Assembly: GCA_004556455.1 (NCBI GenBank)
Contig: SFGY01000005.1
Location: 356 to 64,355, forward strand
Length of the DNA: 64,000 nt
Source of the DNA: Clostridiales bacterium
GTDB taxonomy: Bacteria; Bacillota; Clostridia; Saccharofermentanales; DTU023
Direction: 5' to 3'
The notes below the pieces were generated by a model, which worked only from the letters and a program-made list of their open reading frames with translations, was not told the DNA's origin and did no database searches. The position numbers were made by a program, and so were the translations under genes. Position 1 is the first letter of the stretch. Every line of letters begins with the position of its first letter. Below, in pieces: positions 1 to 7,707 of this stretch.

Positions 1-115
1 TGCGTGAATTAACGCTGACAATTTCTTAACATACATTGAAAATACTGATCGTGTTACCTACACTCAGGGTATTCATTTGGAAATACCTGATTTTAGGAGA
101 TTGTAGGAGCCGATT

Positions 116-292
116 ATGAAGAGAATATTATCTGCAGCTATGCTGGCTGCTCTGCTTTTGTTCGATCTTTTATTTATTCCTTTTTCGGTTCGCGCTGAAG
201 AAGCTGCAATGCCGTCTTCACCTCTTCGGGAAGAATTGAGCGATACTACCCCCCTCCCCCCCCCCCCCCCCCCCCCCACCCTTCTGATTTAG
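116..292 (+). other. Out-of-frame signal-peptide leader ORF of the downstream LPXTG surface protein gene
   Basis: GGAG at 106-109 precedes ATG 116. The translation is MKRILSAAMLAALLLFDLLFIPFSVRA/EEAAMPSSPLREELSDTTPLPPPPPPPTLLI*, a typical n-h-c signal peptide. It reads through the C22 tract and stops at TAG 290-292. The frame of ORF 325..3615 is open back to 199 and is offset by one base. Confidence 0.7.
256..277 (+). repeat. Homopolymeric C22 tract (candidate slipped-strand phase-variation switch), preceded by C6-T
   Basis: Counted directly: C at 249-254, T at 255, C at 256-277, A at 278. The tract lies between the signal-peptide ORF and the body of the adhesin ORF. Confidence 0.95.
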
Positions 293-324
293 AGGGAACT
301 GAGGAAAAAACGGAAACTGATTCT

Positions 325-3300
325 GTGCCTGAAGTCAGTACAGAAGGAGACGCACTTCAAACAGCTCTTCCAGAAACAGAGAATATTTACACCGAATCTC
401 CTCCGAATGAAATCAATTTGGTCGATCATGTGCAGGATGTCCCTGAACAGGCTGCTTCGATGCAGACCGATCTTCCAGAAGCTATAGCAGTTAAAGAGAT
501 TTTTAATTTTGATTTTCTGAGCCTCTCCCTCTCTAATATTGACGAAGCTTTCAGCGAAGCAATTACACCTCATGTTAAAGAACTTAAAGACGACGATCTT
601 CAGTCCGTTGAAGTGGCCATCAAGGCAGCGCTTCAGGATGAGCGGGAATTACTGGCTCCAGCGGGGAATGGAGATTCGGGTTTACAGGACTTGCAGGCTT
701 TATCCACGGACTCAGGCCTCAGAAATAACGAGGTAACGCCACAGGTAGAATTTACAGACGAATGGGCTAATCCTCTGCCTGAATCGTCTCCGGAAACGGT
801 GATGGCCGACAGTGCTTACAGGGTGTTGGCTTATGATTTTCAATTTCTTAATTCCGTTGGTGAATGTCTGGAACCGCAGACGGAAATAAACCTGTGCTTC
901 AGCTCTCCTCTTTTCTCACAGGCTGAAGTTCGTGCATTCCATATTTACGCGGATGAAAACGGCGCTTTAAAAGCAGTGGAAGTGGCAGCGGAACTGACAG
1001 CTGCTCAGACTTTGTCAGCACAAAGTGAAGCTACGAAGGAAGGTGAACTGGAATCACAGGCGGATAATGAAATACCACCAGCTTATACTACAGTCACAAT
1101 CCGAGCCAAAGATTTTTCAGTCTATGCTCTTTTGCTGATGCCACAGACATACGCCAGCGGAAAGCTGAATGAGGAGCCCCTGAGAGTTCCCTCAGTTTCC
1201 CAGATTTATCTAAACGGTCAGAACGGCAATGATGCCAACGACGGAAGTTCAGCTGATGCAGCGGTACGGAGTTTCGCCAGAGCAAAGGAACTGGCCATGA
1301 AGAACAGCGCCATTACCGACATTCTTGTCACCGGAACCACAGAGCTGGAAGGCGACATCAGCCTTCAGGGTACTATGGCAGCCATTAAACGGGAAAACAA
1401 CTTTGGCGGCTACCTTTTTAATGTCGCGATGGGGAAATCCGCCACTTTACATGACCTGACGATTGACGGCGAAAGCTCTGCCGATATACTGCGAAAAGCT
1501 CTTATCAAAGTTAACGGACATCTGAATATACAGGATGGAACGGTCTTACAGAATAATCGCTCAAAGGCAGAAAAAAACATGTGTGCCTGGGGCGGAGCTA
1601 TTGAGGCTTATGAGGCCACCGTCAGCATGTCTGGCGGCCTGATTCAGAATAACGAGGCGACCAACGGTGGCGGGATTTATCTCGGTAAGTCGAGTATGGA
1701 ACTGTCGGGAGGTCAGATCAGCAAGAATCATGCGAAACGTGTGAGTGATACTTTTGCTGACCAAATTTATGCTGCTGGTGGGGGAATTGCTCTGTATCAC
1801 GGCAGTACGCTCACTATTAGCGGGCAGCCACTTATTGAAAGTAACGTGTCCGATGAAGTTGGCGGAGGGATCAGTGCTGGAACGCGCCAGGCAAGTTATG
1901 GTCATGATTGCGTATTTATGAACGGTGGAATTATAAGAGGAAATTCTGCCGGTGCGTCAGGCGGTGGACTTTTTGTCCAGGCGGGTCTGAATAATGTGCA
2001 CAATGCCTCTGCCACTATCACTGCCGGCCAGATCATCAATAATGTGATGAATGGTAATGGCTATACCGAAAAGACCTTTGGTGGGGGCGGCATTTATGTC
2101 AATGGCGGACCGGAGACCTGGCTTTGGCAGGGAAATGAATATCATATGCGCAATGGGGAACTCCAGATCAGCAATGCCCTGATTGAGGATAATACGGCAG
2201 ATCAGTTTGGCGGCGGCGGTCTTGCGGCCTGCCCCGTCTCTAAAACATATGTCTATCTGACAGAGGGAGCGGCTATTATTGGAAATCACACGACGCCTTC
2301 TCCTCAAGGCGATGACATCTTCATTTACTCTAATCTGAACTTTGGCGCACATTCCGGACTTGCTGAATATGAGATTGCCACGCGCATGCTGGGAGGTACG
2401 CCTTACCTCTGGCATGATTATTATGACAATCCTGTTCCTGATGAGCGCCTGAAGGGAACCCTGGCCGATAAGGATATGTTGGTTCTGACTGCTACAGGCC
2501 AGATCAGTGCTGAGGCCAGACAACTGGCGACGGTTGTGATTTCGGGCAATCGCTCGGCTACCCGAGGTGGAGGTATTGGCTCCAATGGCACCGTCATTAT
2601 TGGTAAAAAAGAAGAGAAAAAAGATCTGCAAGTGATCAAGACCTGGGGACAGGGTCTCAATCCCCAACCCATTACTGTCGAATTGAGAGGTAAATCGAAA
2701 AACAGCGGGCTTGACTGGCTGATTGAAGCCGTCGAGCTAAACGAAAGCAATCAGTTCTCCCATGTTTTCCGTGATCTGGCGCAGAGCTTTTTTGATCCGA
2801 ACTCTGACGTTTCGCTTTACATCAGAGAACCCCAGTCAGATCAGTACAAGGTGACTGTGTCTCCATTTGTGGCTTTACCACAGGGAAAGACGCTCTCGTT
2901 TACACTGAGACGCCCACAGTTTTCTCAGTGGGATAACGCCTATGCTGCCTATTACAACTACTATCGGAAGCATCCTGAGGCAGGTATCTTTGATACGGGG
3001 AAGAGGGAGTTGAAAGATTTTACTGTTAAATACACTCTTCTGGATGAAAAAGGTCAAAGACTTGCTGAGAGCAGCATGTCTTATGAGGCTGAAGGTTATC
3101 ACTGGAACGGAAAGGCGGCTTTTGCAGGAATCCCTGTTAATGCAGAAGCTCTGGAAATTCAATATTATGACAATCAAGGTCAGTTAATCGAGCCGTGGCT
3201 GTTGCAGTACAATCTCTATCTGGAAAGGCATGACGATAAAACGATTCTGAAAGTGCCTAAGCTTAAGCCGACCAGGGACGACGCCATTACCGGGGATGAA

Positions 3301-3615
3301 ATTATCCTATCCGTGGAGGAACCAAAAGTCACGACGCCAAGTCAAGGCATTTATCAAATCACCATTGAAAATAAAAAACCGGAACCACCAAAACCGACAG
3401 AACCTACACATCCCACAGAACCTACTCATCCCACGGAACCCACACGACCAACGGAACCGTGTTGTACAACGGTGCGTTATTGTTGTGAGACCACAGTGCC
3501 CGTTACCAAAGCCAGCGTGCTCCCACGTACGGGTCAGCACGAGTTATGGGGGCTGCCCCTTCTTTTCCTGGCAGCGGCGGGTTTCCTCTTAATTCTTAAA
3601 AAACCGAAGATATAA
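325..3615 (+). CDS. LPXTG-anchored cell-wall surface protein with right-handed beta-helix / Pmp-like repeats (adhesin-like). The body ORF lacks its own signal peptide as sequenced.
   Basis: 1096-aa ORF. It carries recurrent glycine-turn motifs (GGAIEAY, NGGGIYLG, AAGGGIALY, VGGGISAG, SGGGLFVQ, FGGGGIYVNG, FGGGGLAACP, RGGGIGSNG). The C-terminus has a PTEPTH repeat stalk, LPRTG, a hydrophobic helix and a KKPK tail. Confidence 0.85.
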   Translation: MPEVSTEGDALQTALPETENIYTESPPNEINLVDHVQDVPEQAASMQTDLPEAIAVKEIFNFDFLSLSLSNIDEAFSEAITPHVKELKDDDLQSVEVAIKAALQDERELLAPAGNGDSGLQDLQALSTDSGLRNNEVTPQVEFTDEWANPLPESSPETVMADSAYRVLAYDFQFLNSVGECLEPQTEINLCFSSPLFSQAEVRAFHIYADENGALKAVEVAAELTAAQTLSAQSEATKEGELESQADNEIPPAYTTVTIRAKDFSVYALLLMPQTYASGKLNEEPLRVPSVSQIYLNGQNGNDANDGSSADAAVRSFARAKELAMKNSAITDILVTGTTELEGDISLQGTMAAIKRENNFGGYLFNVAMGKSATLHDLTIDGESSADILRKALIKVNGHLNIQDGTVLQNNRSKAEKNMCAWGGAIEAYEATVSMSGGLIQNNEATNGGGIYLGKSSMELSGGQISKNHAKRVSDTFADQIYAAGGGIALYHGSTLTISGQPLIESNVSDEVGGGISAGTRQASYGHDCVFMNGGIIRGNSAGASGGGLFVQAGLNNVHNASATITAGQIINNVMNGNGYTEKTFGGGGIYVNGGPETWLWQGNEYHMRNGELQISNALIEDNTADQFGGGGLAACPVSKTYVYLTEGAAIIGNHTTPSPQGDDIFIYSNLNFGAHSGLAEYEIATRMLGGTPYLWHDYYDNPVPDERLKGTLADKDMLVLTATGQISAEARQLATVVISGNRSATRGGGIGSNGTVIIGKKEEKKDLQVIKTWGQGLNPQPITVELRGKSKNSGLDWLIEAVELNESNQFSHVFRDLAQSFFDPNSDVSLYIREPQSDQYKVTVSPFVALPQGKTLSFTLRRPQFSQWDNAYAAYYNYYRKHPEAGIFDTGKRELKDFTVKYTLLDEKGQRLAESSMSYEAEGYHWNGKAAFAGIPVNAEALEIQYYDNQGQLIEPWLLQYNLYLERHDDKTILKVPKLKPTRDDAITGDEIILSVEEPKVTTPSQGIYQITIENKKPEPPKPTEPTHPTEPTHPTEPTRPTEPCCTTVRYCCETTVPVTKASVLPRTGQHELWGLPLLFLAAAGFLLILKKPKI
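3394..3459 (+). repeat. 18-bp coding tandem repeat (PTEPTH x ~3.7), Pro/Thr wall-spanning stalk
   Basis: ccgacagaacctacacat / cccacagaacctactcat / cccacggaacccacacga / ccaacggaaccg. Confidence 0.9.
3520..3534 (+). other. Sortase sorting motif LPRTG
   Basis: ctc cca cgt acg ggt, followed by QHELWGLPLLFLAAAGFLLILKKPKI*. Confidence 0.9.
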
Positions 3616-3685
3616 CCGTTCTGCCCTTAGAAAATCTGAACATTGTGGATATCTAATTACGACATTCTCTCATGAGAATAAGAAA

Positions 3686-3730
3686 GGGAGCTGTCCCGCT
3701 ACACTTGCGTGTTTTGGGACAGCTCCCTTT
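3686..3730. terminator. Bidirectional rho-independent terminator between the convergent adhesin gene and citF
   Basis: The perfect 12-bp stem GGGAGCTGTCCC (3686-3697) pairs with GGGACAGCTCCC (3716-3727). It is followed by TTT and preceded by AGAAA. Confidence 0.75.
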
Positions 3731-3809
3731 CAGGTGAGGCTTTATTTCTTGCTATAAGGCTCTTGCCTCAGGCTTTTTATGAAAAATGCGATCAGTTATT
3801 GTCGCGATC

Positions 3810-5222
3810 TCAGTCCTTGACCTCATGCAGTTCGGAGATGATGCGGCCGTCGCGGTAGCGCACTTTGCCGACGACTCTGCCGGAGAGATCGAGGGGCTGG
3901 GGCTTACCGGAAAAGCTTTCGGCTTTTTGCTGCAGCTCTTCCATGGTGAGCAGGGGCAGCTTCGCCTCTTTAAAGCGTGCGAGAAGATCTTCGCGCCGTG
4001 GGTTGACGGCCAGGCCGTACTGGGTAACCAGGCAATCGATGCTTTCGCCGGGCGTGGAAATACAGGCCAGCTGATCGACGATCAGGGGAAGGCGGGCGCG
4101 AATCAGCGGGGCGATAATCATGGCCATTTTTGCGCCTGCAGCGGTATCGCTGTGTCCGCCGGAACCGCCCATGATCTCTCCCTGCGAGTTGGTGTGCACG
4201 TTGACGTTAAAATCTTTGTCCATCTCGGTTGCGCCGAGGATGACGACGTCCAGATTATCTACCAGCGAGCTCTTTACATCGGGGCGGGGACCGGCATATT
4301 TGAGGGCAGAGACTTCGCAATGGCGGCGATCCTCGCGGATACTGCGCACGGCTTCGAGGTCAAAGCACTGCACGTCCATGAGACTTTCAAAGCAGCCTTC
4401 CTCCAGCATCTGAACCAGGTAGGCCGTGATGCCGCCCATGCCGAAGCTGCCGTGAATTTTTTTCTCAAGCATGAGGTCCTTCAAAAAGGCCGCTGTGGCC
4501 AGGGAGGCCCCACCAGCGCCGGTCTGGAAGGAAAACCCGTCTTTGAGCAGACCCGAGGCGTCGATGGCCCGGCAGGCATACTGAGCCATGAGCAGGCCGA
4601 TGGGGTCGCGGGTAATCTTCGTTGTGCCGGAGACGATCCCTTCAGGATTGCCAATGCGGTCGATCTCGACGACATAGTCCACGTCCGTTTCGGAAATACT
4701 GACATCGGCGAGGGGATAGGGAACGAGATGGTCAGTCACGGCCACGACTTTTTTGGCGTAAGCGGCATCCGCCATGGCGTAGCCCAGAGAGCCGCAGGCT
4801 GAGGGCCCGTATTTGCCGGAGATATTGCCCATTTTATCGGCAGTTGGCGCAGCAATAAAGGCGATGTCGATGGGTGAGCGTCCCTGGGCGATGTCGGCGG
4901 GACGCCCGCCATGCGTGCGGAAAATGACCGGATCCTCTAAGAGGCCGTGGGAAATCTCCCGACCGATGCGGGCGCTCATGTAATTACATTCCAGATGAGT
5001 GACCACGCCGCGGCGAATCAATTCGATCAGCGGGGCGTGAATGTCGAAAAGTGAGCTGGTGTTGACGTGAAGATCACGAAAGCCCAGCTGATCTGCGGCC
5101 GCAAGCACCTGATTCAGCACAAAATCGCCGTTGCGCAGGTGATGGTGGAAAGACAGGGTCATGCCGTCCCTGAGACCGGCCAGCTGCAGAGCCTGCTTGA
5201 TGTCCTTCAGTACCTTATCCAT
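3810..5222 (-). CDS. citF: Citrate lyase alpha subunit (citrate CoA-transferase)
   Basis: Start MDKVLKD at 5222, with GAGGAGG 9 nt upstream. The sequence reads as the CitF family throughout (SFHHHLRNGD, QTGAGGASLA, GGSGGHSDTA). It sits immediately downstream of citE. Confidence 0.9.
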   Translation of the reverse strand: MDKVLKDIKQALQLAGLRDGMTLSFHHHLRNGDFVLNQVLAAADQLGFRDLHVNTSSLFDIHAPLIELIRRGVVTHLECNYMSARIGREISHGLLEDPVIFRTHGGRPADIAQGRSPIDIAFIAAPTADKMGNISGKYGPSACGSLGYAMADAAYAKKVVAVTDHLVPYPLADVSISETDVDYVVEIDRIGNPEGIVSGTTKITRDPIGLLMAQYACRAIDASGLLKDGFSFQTGAGGASLATAAFLKDLMLEKKIHGSFGMGGITAYLVQMLEEGCFESLMDVQCFDLEAVRSIREDRRHCEVSALKYAGPRPDVKSSLVDNLDVVILGATEMDKDFNVNVHTNSQGEIMGGSGGHSDTAAGAKMAMIIAPLIRARLPLIVDQLACISTPGESIDCLVTQYGLAVNPRREDLLARFKEAKLPLLTMEELQQKAESFSGKPQPLDLSGRVVGKVRYRDGRIISELHEVKD

Positions 5223-5223
5223 A

Positions 5224-6093
5224 TCAGCGCACCTCCTCAATCGCTCTGGCGGTGGCGAGAATTTGCTCCGCCCTCATGACGATGGGCTTATCGACCATTT
5301 TGCCGTGCAGAGAAACAGCGCCCTTGCCCAGACGCTTGCCCTCGGCGATCACGGCCATCACATCTTTGGCCCAGAGAATTTCTTTTTCGCCCGGCGAAAA
5401 GACCTGATTCACGGTTTCAAGATGCCGCGGGGAAATGACTGCTTTTCCGGAGAAACCCAAGCTACGGGCAAAGCTGGCGTCCTTCTTGAGGCCCTCTAAA
5501 TCATCGGTGTCCGTGAAAGGTGTATCGATGACGTCGATGCCACTTGCTCTTGCGGCGACGATCAGGCGGGTGCGCGCATAGAAAATCTCTTTGCCCTCCT
5601 TTGTGCGGGGACAGCGCAGATCGGCGCTCAAATCTTCGCCGCCCAGGAAGAGGGCGACCACCCGCGGGGAAGCCTGGGCGATTTCAAGAGCCTTTTCCAC
5701 ACCCATGGCGGTCTCGATCAGCGGCAGAATTTTAAAACAGCCATCCGCCAGCCCAAGTTCTTTCTCTTTGGCTCCCAGGGCTGCTGCCAGTTTCTGAATG
5801 GTGGCGCCGGAGGCCACTTTCGGAGGCATCAGCACGGACGGCCTGCCGGGCAGAATAGTCGCGAGATCAGCTTCCCAATAGGGACTTTCCAGGTCATTGA
5901 TGCGGACGACGATTTCTCTGCGGCCAAAATCAAAATGCTCGAGAGCGCCCCGAACCAGCTCGCGCGCCGCATCCTTCTGATCGGGGGCGACAGCGTCTTC
6001 AAGGTCGAGAATGAGGCTGTCTGCCGGGAGCACACAGCCGTTAATCAGCATACTCGGACTGTTGCCGGGCAAAAACATCATGCTGCGTCTCAT
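5224..6093 (-). CDS. citE: Citrate lyase beta subunit (citryl-CoA lyase)
   Basis: MRRSMMFLPGNSPSM..LDLEDAV..GGEDLSADL is characteristic of the HpcH/CitE family. Its start overlaps the citD stop (ATGA). Confidence 0.9.
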   Translation of the reverse strand: MRRSMMFLPGNSPSMLINGCVLPADSLILDLEDAVAPDQKDAARELVRGALEHFDFGRREIVVRINDLESPYWEADLATILPGRPSVLMPPKVASGATIQKLAAALGAKEKELGLADGCFKILPLIETAMGVEKALEIAQASPRVVALFLGGEDLSADLRCPRTKEGKEIFYARTRLIVAARASGIDVIDTPFTDTDDLEGLKKDASFARSLGFSGKAVISPRHLETVNQVFSPGEKEILWAKDVMAVIAEGKRLGKGAVSLHGKMVDKPIVMRAEQILATARAIEEVR

Positions 6094-6383
6094 CAGGCTT
6101 GCCCTCCTTCCGCTTTTTCGGGCTCACTGGCACGTGCCAGGCAGGTTTTCAGTCTGGCCATAATGGTGCAGTCCAAAGCCCCTTTATCTTCCAGCTCGAC
6201 ACGCCCGACACTCACACCGGCCTCGTTAAGCCACTGGCGCACCTGAGCTTCAATCGACGCACCGTACTGCGCCTTGACGGGGGAGGAGAGAATGACTTCC
6301 AGGGGATGACCGCTGGGTTCCATTTTGATGAGAACATCACTGGACTCCAGGGTTCCCGCGATGGCTTCTCGGCGAATTTGCAT
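6093..6383 (-). CDS. citD: Citrate lyase acyl carrier protein (gamma subunit)
   Basis: 96 aa. It contains the AGTLESSDV prosthetic-group serine motif near the N-terminus. Confidence 0.9.
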   Translation of the reverse strand: MQIRREAIAGTLESSDVLIKMEPSGHPLEVILSSPVKAQYGASIEAQVRQWLNEAGVSVGRVELEDKGALDCTIMARLKTCLARASEPEKAEGGQA

Positions 6384-6950
6384 GATGAGTCTCCTTTTTT
6401 CTTATGATCTGCTTTTGATCTGCTTTGCTTTTGTCTTTCAGAGCTGTGCTGAAGAAAGCGTTTCCGGGCGTGAGATTCTGAACATCCTGTTCTTGGATGG
6501 TACTGTAGCTCAGATCGTGCTGTGGCTCCGCACATTGGAATCAAAGCCCACTTTTGCAACTATGCATCTGCTGGCCTGTTTAAGCACGATCTGGCGCTCG
6601 ATAGAACGCCCGTAAGCGGGACGAGCTTATACAGCCTGAAAACAGCTGCCTTTTTCTACTGTTTAACAGCTTAGCCCCTGTCGTTAAATTATTCCAGCCC
6701 CGAAGGCTCAGATTTGTCGCTCGGGTAATCGGGCTATACCATCATTCGACTGACACATTTTTCTGTACGGATTGCTTTAAGACAAACAAAGGAGTTTGCG
6801 CAGCTTTGATCAGGTAAAACTTACCAGTCTTCTATGTAGTAAGTTTTAATGAAAAACTTTAATGATTTTAATAATATTGAAATAAATTTGAATATTGATT
6901 TTAATTTTATTTAAGTATACTATAGAAAAAGTAAAGGCGGTTAGAACGAT

Positions 6951-7250
6951 ATGCGCAGTGCGGAATTACCGCAATGGCTTTACAGCCTGGGAGATGAGGA
7001 TATCCGTTTGATGAAGGAATTTGTCCTCAGCTCAGGCTCATTGAAAGCCATGGCAGGTCTTTATCAGGTGACTTATCCCACCATCAGGCTGCGTCTGGAT
7101 CGTCTGATCGACAAAGTGAAGCAGGCCGAAGCAAGCGAAGAGACGCGCTTTGAAGGCCTGCTGAAGGATCTGACCCTGGCTGAGGAAATTAAGCCTTCGG
7201 CCGCGCGCAGACTCCTTCGGGCGTATGAGAAGGAAAAACGAGAACGCTAG
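6951..7250 (+). CDS. Small DUF2089-like HTH protein (C-terminal half of the family, no zinc ribbon)
   Basis: LGDEDIRLMKEFVLSSGSLKAMAGLYQVTYPTIRLRLDRLIDKV matches the remembered DUF2089 core (..F...GslK.....vSYPT.R.RLd). It is preceded by an AT-rich promoter region at 6830-6950. Confidence 0.55.
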   Translation: MRSAELPQWLYSLGDEDIRLMKEFVLSSGSLKAMAGLYQVTYPTIRLRLDRLIDKVKQAEASEETRFEGLLKDLTLAEEIKPSAARRLLRAYEKEKRER

Positions 7251-7374
7251 GATTTGCTGCGTTTGGCATGTCCTCTTAGTTTTAAGTCTTTTCCCTCAGC
7301 TGCGAAGAAAGACAAAGAGAGGAGTGCTGTACGAGGCCGGACTCCCAAGTCCAGACGGACAGCGATGAAGAGGC

Positions 7375-7674
7375 ATGACCCTTGGCCAGAGTTTATTTTT
7401 TCTTTTAGCCCTTTGTTTTTTGGAAATCTTACTCACCGAATGGAATAGCGTTTATGGCGTGGTCTTTTGTCCGCTAAGCTTAACTGCTGCGGCCTTTGAC
7501 CTGCGCTTGCTCATCTTGCCCCTGCTGCTGATTTCATTACATATCTTTTATCTGGGTCTGAGAGAGCAGAAGCTCCTTCGTCTGACCGAAGAACGTGAAC
7601 GCAAGCAACGCCTCCGGGCCCTTCAGGAAATGGCTCATCAGCAGTATCTTCGCCAGTGCGTTCGCATTCTCTGA
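7375..7674 (+). CDS. Hypothetical small membrane protein (2-3 TM helices plus a basic coiled tail)
   Basis: ORF only. It has hydrophobic segments LFFLLALCFLEILL and LLILPLLLISLHIFYLGL, and I recognise no family. Confidence 0.35.
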   Translation: MTLGQSLFFLLALCFLEILLTEWNSVYGVVFCPLSLTAAAFDLRLLILPLLLISLHIFYLGLREQKLLRLTEERERKQRLRALQEMAHQQYLRQCVRIL

Positions 7675-7707
7675 AGTGAACCTGTTCTCTGGTGGGATTA
7701 AGCATTC

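Noticed and set aside
73-279. 68-aa minus-strand ORF beginning MGGGGGGGRG
   Set aside because: It is simply the reverse complement of the C22 tract and of the plus-strand signal-peptide ORF. It has no RBS and a nonsensical composition.
3786-4802. Long antisense ORFs. Examples are 338 aa opposite citF, 17774-18829 opposite GH13, 20814-21698 opposite GH36, 42738-43763 opposite gcvPA and 49011-50273 opposite pcrA.
   Set aside because: Each lies entirely inside a confidently identified gene on the other strand. Their Arg/Gly/Ala-rich composition is typical of antisense frames in GC-rich coding DNA, and I recognise no motifs in them.
6505-6513. tRNA-like D-arm string gtagctcag in the citD upstream gap
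   Set aside because: There is no matching acceptor stem, anticodon arm or GGTTCGAATCC-type T-arm nearby, so I take it as a chance match.
7254-7448. 64-aa ORF between the DUF2089-like gene and the small membrane protein
   Set aside because: It has a basic, low-complexity translation, no RBS, and overlaps the more plausible ORF 7375..7674.
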